Made by a program: the position numbers and the translations under genes. A stretch of 64,000 bases of DNA from an uncultured Spirochaetota bacterium (GTDB taxonomy: Bacteria; Spirochaetota; Spirochaetia; SZUA-6; Fen-1364): positions 2,336,001 to 2,400,000 of the forward strand of contig CAWGAA010000001.1 of assembly GCA_963820525.1 (NCBI GenBank), in the 5' to 3' direction. The notes below the pieces were generated by a model, which worked only from the letters and a program-made list of their open reading frames with translations, ran no database searches and had not been told where the DNA came from. This document shows, in pieces, positions 58,309 through 64,000 of the stretch; the first letter of the stretch is position 1; each line of letters begins with the position of its first letter.

Positions 58309-60285
58309 CTACTTCACGCGCTCGCCGATAATCTCGATCTCCCACAGGGAGAATCCCCATTGGGTGCCGCGGACCTTCGCGTCAAGCTTCACGGAGCGCA
58401 CCTTCGCGGGCGCGAGCGCCACCTCGTCGATTCCGCCGTCCGAATCCGCCACGCTTGCGAGGAGGGTCCAACTCTCCCCATCGGCGCTTCCCAGGATATC
58501 GTAGAGCTTGCCGTAAGCGGCCTCCCAAGCGAGGACCGCCTTCGTCACCGTGAATGTGCCCTGGAGGTCGATGACCAGCCACTGGCCGTCCTTGTACTCG
58601 CTGGACCAGCGGGTCTTGGGATTCCCGTCGTTTGCGTATGCGGCCAGGCTTTCCGTGTTCTCCACGCTGCTCGCGACGACCGGCTTCAGAAGCGCCACAT
58701 TGCCGCGATCCGGATCGATGACATGAATCATGAAGCTTGCCGGCGTCTCATTGTCAGCCTTGTCCCGCGCGATCAGGGAGACGGGGATGCTTCCGAGCTT
58801 CCCCGCTCCGGCGAGGGTGACGGAGAGCTTCCCCGCCGGGCTCAGCGAAAGGGAGGCAACCTGCGAGTCCCCCGGTACGACAAGGGCGAAGGTGATGTCT
58901 GAGCCGTCCTCCGGATCCTGGACAAAGGCTTTCAGGTCAAGGACGTCGGGCCAGGAGCGCTGCGCCACGTTCAGGATAAGATCCGTGAGCGGCTTTACAA
59001 CCCGGGGACCGCGGTCCAGTCCCGAACGATCCAGGGCGATGAAGCTTGCGTAGTCCTCGCTGATTCCGCTCATGGCATCGGCGCAGTGGAAGAACCCGCC
59101 ATATCCGTCGTGGTTGGTCATTGTCCAGGAAAGGGCGCCCGCGTACCCGTTTTCGATGGCGTAGCGGTACGCTTCCTCGCTCGACAACCGGCTCTTCGGG
59201 GCGAATCCGCTGTGACCCGTGATCGGAACGATCCCCTTGGCGGGGAACTCCGCGATCACCAGCGGCTTATCAAGGCCCCAGTGGCTCTTGGGGTTGTGAA
59301 AGGGCGAGAGCCCCTCGTCGAAGTATTCGGGATAGTAATGCACGGAGTAAAAATCCAGAACGCCATCCTTGTCGCCCCCGGCCTCGATCAAGCGGTCGTC
59401 GCGGTAGTAGTTGATCAGGCCGCCGATGTCGGTGGCCACCTGGATATTCCAGCTTCCGTTCGTGACGAGGCTGCCGGGAGCCTCGCGATGGATGGCTCCC
59501 GCCACCCTGTTGATGAAGCCCTGCACCGCCTCCATCGAAGTGCGCTTGGATGTCCATCCGAAAGAGGGGAGCATCCCCTCCGGCTCGTTGAAGACTTCCC
59601 ACGCAATCAGGCCGGGATGGCTTTTCACCCTTCGCACCAGGGGCAAGAGGGCCCTGTCGATGAAGGCCTTCGTCGCGGCCGGATCCTCGATCAGCCTGAC
59701 GTTTCTGGCAAGATCGGCGCCGGCCTGCTTTTGCAGAAGGTCGAAGGACCAGAGACAGAGGATGAGGCCGACGCCCCGCTCGAAGGCGATATCCAGGGCA
59801 CGTTTCACAACCAGGATCTGCTCGGGAGCAAGCTCCTTCACGAGCCCGTCCTCCCCGAACGCGGGGGAGCGCGAGCCGTTCACGAAGATCCACCAGCGGA
59901 TGCAATTGCCGCCTGCGGCCGCGATGTTCTCCGCCTGCTCCGTGAACTTCCCTTCATTGAAGCGGTCGAGGTCTTTGGCGTAGTCCATCCACGCCAGATT
60001 CATCCCGTTCAGGAAAATCCTTTTCCCGCTGTGAGGGATGAGGTTGGCAGGGTCGATGGCCGCCCCGCTTGACGCCGGGGCAGGAGCGGGAACCTTGACG
60101 CCGTCCTCGGCGGGCGCGGAGGGAGCCGGGGCTTGGGCGCTCGGCTGCGAAGCGGGCGTGGCCTTCTCTGCGGAGCTTTCGGGCTTGCTCGCGGCCGGCG
60201 CCGAGGCGCACGCGGCAAGAACGGCGATTGCCGCTACGATCGCCGCAGCGCGAAGGCACGTCATCCACGGAAGCCTCATGTCCAT
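58309..60285 (-). CDS. GH5 endo-beta-mannanase-like lipoprotein with C-terminal F5/8 type C (CBM32) domain
   Basis: Lipobox LAAC; GMNLAW, WEVFNEPEG, DFYSVHYY, KPLVIAEF; NVALLKPVVASS..DGNPKTRWSS..WGFSLWE. Confidence 0.85.
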   Translation of the reverse strand: MDMRLPWMTCLRAAAIVAAIAVLAACASAPAASKPESSAEKATPASQPSAQAPAPSAPAEDGVKVPAPAPASSGAAIDPANLIPHSGKRIFLNGMNLAWMDYAKDLDRFNEGKFTEQAENIAAAGGNCIRWWIFVNGSRSPAFGEDGLVKELAPEQILVVKRALDIAFERGVGLILCLWSFDLLQKQAGADLARNVRLIEDPAATKAFIDRALLPLVRRVKSHPGLIAWEVFNEPEGMLPSFGWTSKRTSMEAVQGFINRVAGAIHREAPGSLVTNGSWNIQVATDIGGLINYYRDDRLIEAGGDKDGVLDFYSVHYYPEYFDEGLSPFHNPKSHWGLDKPLVIAEFPAKGIVPITGHSGFAPKSRLSSEEAYRYAIENGYAGALSWTMTNHDGYGGFFHCADAMSGISEDYASFIALDRSGLDRGPRVVKPLTDLILNVAQRSWPDVLDLKAFVQDPEDGSDITFALVVPGDSQVASLSLSPAGKLSVTLAGAGKLGSIPVSLIARDKADNETPASFMIHVIDPDRGNVALLKPVVASSVENTESLAAYANDGNPKTRWSSEYKDGQWLVIDLQGTFTVTKAVLAWEAAYGKLYDILGSADGESWTLLASVADSDGGIDEVALAPAKVRSVKLDAKVRGTQWGFSLWEIEIIGERVK

Positions 60286-60453
60286 GTTCAGGATCCTCCC
60301 GAATAAAGGCGCGGCCGCCCCGGCGGCGTCGGCGCGAAGCGCGACACCGCCAGCAGGGCGGCCGCGGTCCTTCCTGCCCAGCTGTTTCTCCGGTCACTCG
60401 CCATCGATGAGCAGCCGCTCATGACGCTCTCGGCCCCCACGCCGACTCGAGCC

Positions 60454-61311
60454 CTATTTCAGGTCCGTGACGCTTATACCCCGCTCGAAATATCTCTGCC
60501 CGAAGATATAGATCACGACCGTCGGGATGAGGGCCAGCGCAATGGCGGCGAGCTGCACCGTCCATTCCTTTTCCGTGGGGGACTCGAAAAACATCAGGCC
60601 GAGGGGGAGCGTGTACAGCGCCTTGTTGCTGAGGTAGATGAGGGGATCGATGAAGTTCTTCCAGCTCCAGAGGAACGTGAAGAGGCATGTCACGACGATG
60701 GCGGGCTTCACCTGGGGAAGAACGATGTTCCAGTAGGTCTTCCAGGTGCCGGCGCCGTCGATCCACGCCGCCTCGTCGATCTCCTTGGGAACGCTCAGCA
60801 TCAGCTGGCGGATGAAAAAGATGTTCCACGCGCTGCCGAAAAAGCCGGGCACCACCAGGGGCAAGAAGGTGTTGGTCCAGCCCAGGTCCCTGAACAGGGT
60901 GTACAGGGGGATGAAGGTGATTTCGTTGGGAAGCATCAGCGTGCTCAGGAGAACCATGAAGAGGGTGTTCTTGAGCGGGAACTTGAAGCGGGCGAAACCG
61001 TACGCCACGATGGCGGAGGTGAACACGGAGGAGCTGGTCTGGATCACGGCCAGTACGATGCTGTTTCGAACGTAGGAGAGAAGCTCGTACTGCATGATGG
61101 CCCGCGTGTAGTTGGTGGGGTGAAGCGGCCAGGGAAGCCACATCGTCTTGAGGTCCGTGCTGGCGAACTGCCCCAGGTCCTTGAAGGAGGACACCAGCAG
61201 GTAGAAGAAGGGGATGACGATGAGGATCGCCAGGAAGGTGAGGAAGACGAAGCCCAGGGTGACGTGCAAGCTCGGGAACATGCGCCCGATGAGCATCCGC
61301 CGCCTTCTCAT
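60454..61311 (-). CDS. Carbohydrate ABC permease
   Basis: AYGFARFKFP, IDEAAWIDGA, QRYFERGI. Confidence 0.92.
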   Translation of the reverse strand: MRRRRMLIGRMFPSLHVTLGFVFLTFLAILIVIPFFYLLVSSFKDLGQFASTDLKTMWLPWPLHPTNYTRAIMQYELLSYVRNSIVLAVIQTSSSVFTSAIVAYGFARFKFPLKNTLFMVLLSTLMLPNEITFIPLYTLFRDLGWTNTFLPLVVPGFFGSAWNIFFIRQLMLSVPKEIDEAAWIDGAGTWKTYWNIVLPQVKPAIVVTCLFTFLWSWKNFIDPLIYLSNKALYTLPLGLMFFESPTEKEWTVQLAAIALALIPTVVIYIFGQRYFERGISVTDLK

Positions 61312-62285
61312 ACCTTCTCCGCCTCGCCGGCTTCAGCCCTGCCGCGCCTGCGCAGGTAGGTGACGATGAAGAGCGTCAGGATGAACCCGATGATGAAGAC
61401 GATCCAGCCGAGTGCCGCGGACTCTCCCATCTTCCAATCTCCCCACCCTTTCCTGTAGAGATAGAAGACAAGGGTGGCGAGGCTGTTGTTCGTTCCCATG
61501 AGGTTGCTCGTTGTGTCGGCCATTCGGGCAAGGGACGCTGCCAGATCGAAGATGCGAAGCCCATAGATCAGGCCCTGGATGGCCTGGAAGGTGATGATGG
61601 GGGTGAGAAGCGGGACCGTCACCCGCAGGAAACGGGTCCACCAGCCGGCCCCGTCGAGCTCGGCCGCTTCGTAGTACGACTTGGGAACGCCCGCGATGCC
61701 CGCCATGAAGATTATCATCGTCGCCCCCACGTACCAGAAGTTGGTGATGATGAGAATCCAGATGGCGTTCCGGGGGTTGCCCAGCCAGTTCACGGGTTTT
61801 CCCCCGAGCATCGTGATGAGAACGTTGAGAAGCCCGGTCTGGGATCCTCCCTCGGTCCCGCCCATGAATATCGGCACCATGAGCAGGCCGAAGGACACGG
61901 GGATCACCAGGGAGGGAAGGAAGAAGATGACCCGGAAGGGCCTGTGGCCCGGGACCTTGTCGTTCATGACGGCGGCCATGAGGAGGGCAAGAACGTTGCC
62001 TCCTACCACGGCAAAGAGCATGAAAAGGGCATTATTGCGGACCGCCCTCATGAAAAGCACGTGCCTGATGGTCGTCAAATCCGCGGGCCAGATGTAGGCG
62101 ATGTAATTCCTCAACCCGACGAACACGCGCTCGCCTATCCCATCCCACTTCAGAAGGCTTATGTAGAACGAGGTGATGATGGGATACAACTGGAAGACGA
62201 GGAAGCCGATAAGCCAGGGAAGCACGTAGAGATACCCCTGGCGGTTCCTCCCCCACTCAAGCCCGCTCTGTGCTCTCAGGCGCAT
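61308..62285 (-). CDS. Carbohydrate ABC permease
   Basis: PWLIGF, FVGLRNY, YYEAAELDGA. Confidence 0.92.
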   Translation of the reverse strand: MRLRAQSGLEWGRNRQGYLYVLPWLIGFLVFQLYPIITSFYISLLKWDGIGERVFVGLRNYIAYIWPADLTTIRHVLFMRAVRNNALFMLFAVVGGNVLALLMAAVMNDKVPGHRPFRVIFFLPSLVIPVSFGLLMVPIFMGGTEGGSQTGLLNVLITMLGGKPVNWLGNPRNAIWILIITNFWYVGATMIIFMAGIAGVPKSYYEAAELDGAGWWTRFLRVTVPLLTPIITFQAIQGLIYGLRIFDLAASLARMADTTSNLMGTNNSLATLVFYLYRKGWGDWKMGESAALGWIVFIIGFILTLFIVTYLRRRGRAEAGEAEKV

Positions 62286-62302
62286 GGATGCTCTCCTCGA
62301 AC

Positions 62303-62329
62303 ACCGGCGCCGCGTGGCGCGGCGCCGGT
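62303..62329 (-). other. Perfect 12-bp intergenic hairpin after the binding-protein gene (stabiliser or attenuator)
   Basis: ACCGGCGCCGCG-tgg-CGCGGCGCCGGT. Confidence 0.55.
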
Positions 62330-62341
62330 TTGAAGTTCATC

Positions 62342-63607
62342 TCATTCGAACAGCGACGAAATGATGTCCTTGCCGTCCTTCTCGATCTTTGCGGCGGTCT
62401 GCTGCGGAGTTGAGCGTAGCTGGAACAGGTCCGTCAGGGCGGACTCCAGCACCCCGGTGAACTCGGTTGTCGGGAGCATGGGCCCTGTGATGACGAAGGG
62501 AATCTCGCTGAAGAAGGGCTTCATCATGTCCTTCGAATAGGGATACGGGTTCTCATTCTGCGCCTGGATGAAGGCCTTGCTGTTGGCGGGAAGGTCCCCG
62601 GTCTTCGTGAACTCAAGCTGCCCTTCGGCGCTCGTCATCCACTTGATGAACTCCCACGCCGCGGCGGTGTTCTTGGAGTTGCGCGAGATTGCCAGGGAGT
62701 TGAAGTAGCCGCGGGTCGAGCGCACCTTGCCCATCGGAAGCGGAGCGGTGCCGACGTTGATCCCCTTGTCCAAGAGTGGGGGGAATCCCCAGGGTCCGGT
62801 CTGCTCGAATACAACCTTGCCGGTGGCAACGGCGTCGTCGGGGGTGCCGAACTCCGTCTGCCATTCCCCGGTGTACGGGGGAAGCACGTTCTGCTTGAAG
62901 AGGTTCTGCAGAACGGTGAGGCCCGCGATGCCTTCCTTGGAGTTGACAAGGATCTTCGTGGGGTGGGTGTAGCTGTCCATGAGCTTTCCGCCGGCCCCGA
63001 CGATGAAGGACTCGTACATCTCCATGACATGGAAGCGCGCGGTGTACTGGACGAACTTGTCCCCGTCCTTCACGGTGAGCTTCTTCGCGATCTGGACGAA
63101 CTGGTCCCACGTCATCGGCTTCACGGGATCGGGGTAGGCGACCCCTGCTGTGTCCAGCAGGTCCTTATTGTAGATCATGGCCCGGACTCCGGCGCCGACC
63201 GGTATCGCCCTGATCTTTCCGGTGACGATGTCGGCGGCCTGCGCGCCCGGAGCCATCTGGGCATACAGCGCCTTTGCGCCGGGAAGGTCATCCAGCACCT
63301 TGAACACTCCCCGGGTGATGTATGCGCCCTGCTCGACGTTGGAAAGAGAGATGACGTCGGCGGCGTTTCCCGCCAGCACCGTTGTGCGAACCTTCTCCCA
63401 GTAGGCAGACCAGGGCAGGAACTCGGTCTTGACCTGGATGTCGGGGTGCGACGCCACGAAGGTATCGACCAGCTTCTGGAAATCAGTCGCCTCCTGTGTG
63501 CCCGCCCACCGCGTATAGGTGATGGTGGTCTGGGCGAAGACGTTCGGCGCCGCGAATGCCGCGATAAGCGCCAGCGTCAAGAGGACCAAGAAAATCCGAC
63601 TCCTCAT
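62342..63607 (-). CDS. Carbohydrate ABC substrate-binding protein
   Basis: Signal peptide; YNKDLL..AGV..P...TWD; AAWEFIKW. Confidence 0.92.
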   Translation of the reverse strand: MRSRIFLVLLTLALIAAFAAPNVFAQTTITYTRWAGTQEATDFQKLVDTFVASHPDIQVKTEFLPWSAYWEKVRTTVLAGNAADVISLSNVEQGAYITRGVFKVLDDLPGAKALYAQMAPGAQAADIVTGKIRAIPVGAGVRAMIYNKDLLDTAGVAYPDPVKPMTWDQFVQIAKKLTVKDGDKFVQYTARFHVMEMYESFIVGAGGKLMDSYTHPTKILVNSKEGIAGLTVLQNLFKQNVLPPYTGEWQTEFGTPDDAVATGKVVFEQTGPWGFPPLLDKGINVGTAPLPMGKVRSTRGYFNSLAISRNSKNTAAAWEFIKWMTSAEGQLEFTKTGDLPANSKAFIQAQNENPYPYSKDMMKPFFSEIPFVITGPMLPTTEFTGVLESALTDLFQLRSTPQQTAAKIEKDGKDIISSLFE

Positions 63608-63671
63608 AATAACTCCTCCTTCGCTATAGTGTCCGGCCCACAGGGGGCCGGAAGATCCCGATTAAAAGCCT

Positions 63672-64000
63672 TCAGACGACGGGGTCCTCCTTGATGAAAT
63701 CGAGGATCTCCCCGATGTACCCGAAGGCGAGGTTCACGCAGGTATCTGCCCCGCCGTAGTAGATCGCGATCCTGCCCGAGGCCGGATCCTGCACGCTGGA
63801 GCAGGGGAAAACGACATTGGGAACGTCTCCCACGCATTCGTAGGAAGCCTGCGGCGAGAGAAGGTAGCGCCTGCCGCGGGCGCGGACCTTCCAGGGTTTC
63901 TCCAGGTCCAGGAGGGCGGCGCCCATGCTGTAGACGAAACCGTTGCAGCTGGTGAGCACGCCGTGATAGATGAGAAGCCATCCTTCGGGGGTCTCGATGG
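63672..64000 (-). CDS. GH130 mannoside phosphorylase, C-terminal part (5' end beyond the window)
   Basis: [54 protein letters not shown]. Confidence 0.9.
   Translation of the reverse strand, partial: IETPEGWLLIYHGVLTSCNGFVYSMGAALLDLEKPWKVRARGRRYLLSPQASYECVGDVPNVVFPCSSVQDPASGRIAIYYGGADTCVNLAFGYIGEILDFIKEDPVV

Noticed and set aside
408..63981. Numerous long overlapping or antisense ORFs in the track (e.g. 18955-20595, 23355-25094, 34344-35891, 35416-37089)
   Set aside because: They are shadow ORFs typical of high-GC DNA, lying opposite well-supported genes and lacking recognisable motifs.

Overview
GC-rich bacterial chromosomal segment, most likely from a free-living spirochaete. That assignment is an inference from spirochaete-style lipoprotein and solute-binding-protein signal peptides and giant Ig-repeat envelope proteins. 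I saw no rRNA, tRNA, CRISPR array or intact mobile element. In order, the window holds: two divergent giant Ig-like envelope proteins; Hsp20; a D,D-carboxypeptidase; a TPR/SLH lipoprotein with an FG-GAP-type partner; a low-GC lipoprotein islet; FHA protein, aroE and a redoxin; a complete phoB-phoR-pstSCAB-phoU locus plus an outer-membrane-like protein, with three PHO-box-like arrays; an ABC exporter; tag, nudC, Hsp20, a rhamnulokinase-like kinase, a ferritin-like protein, ddl, an ankyrin protein and an MFS symporter; a sigma-54-preceded P-II gene; a CBM48/histone-like fusion; a sugar ABC transporter; a ChvI/ChvG-like pair divergent from creD; a four-gene radical SAM operon; and a beta-mannan utilisation locus (GH130, ABC transporter, two GH5-like enzymes). 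The best candidate for a novel system is 51085-55638. A signal-peptide/TM membrane protein there ends in eight tandem A-C-x-x units (mostly ACHS) and is translationally coupled to an RRE-like radical SAM/SPASM enzyme, suggesting RiPP-like modification of a large membrane protein. Several single-base frameshifts (pstB, ABC permease, GH5-like gene) suggest residual assembly indels.
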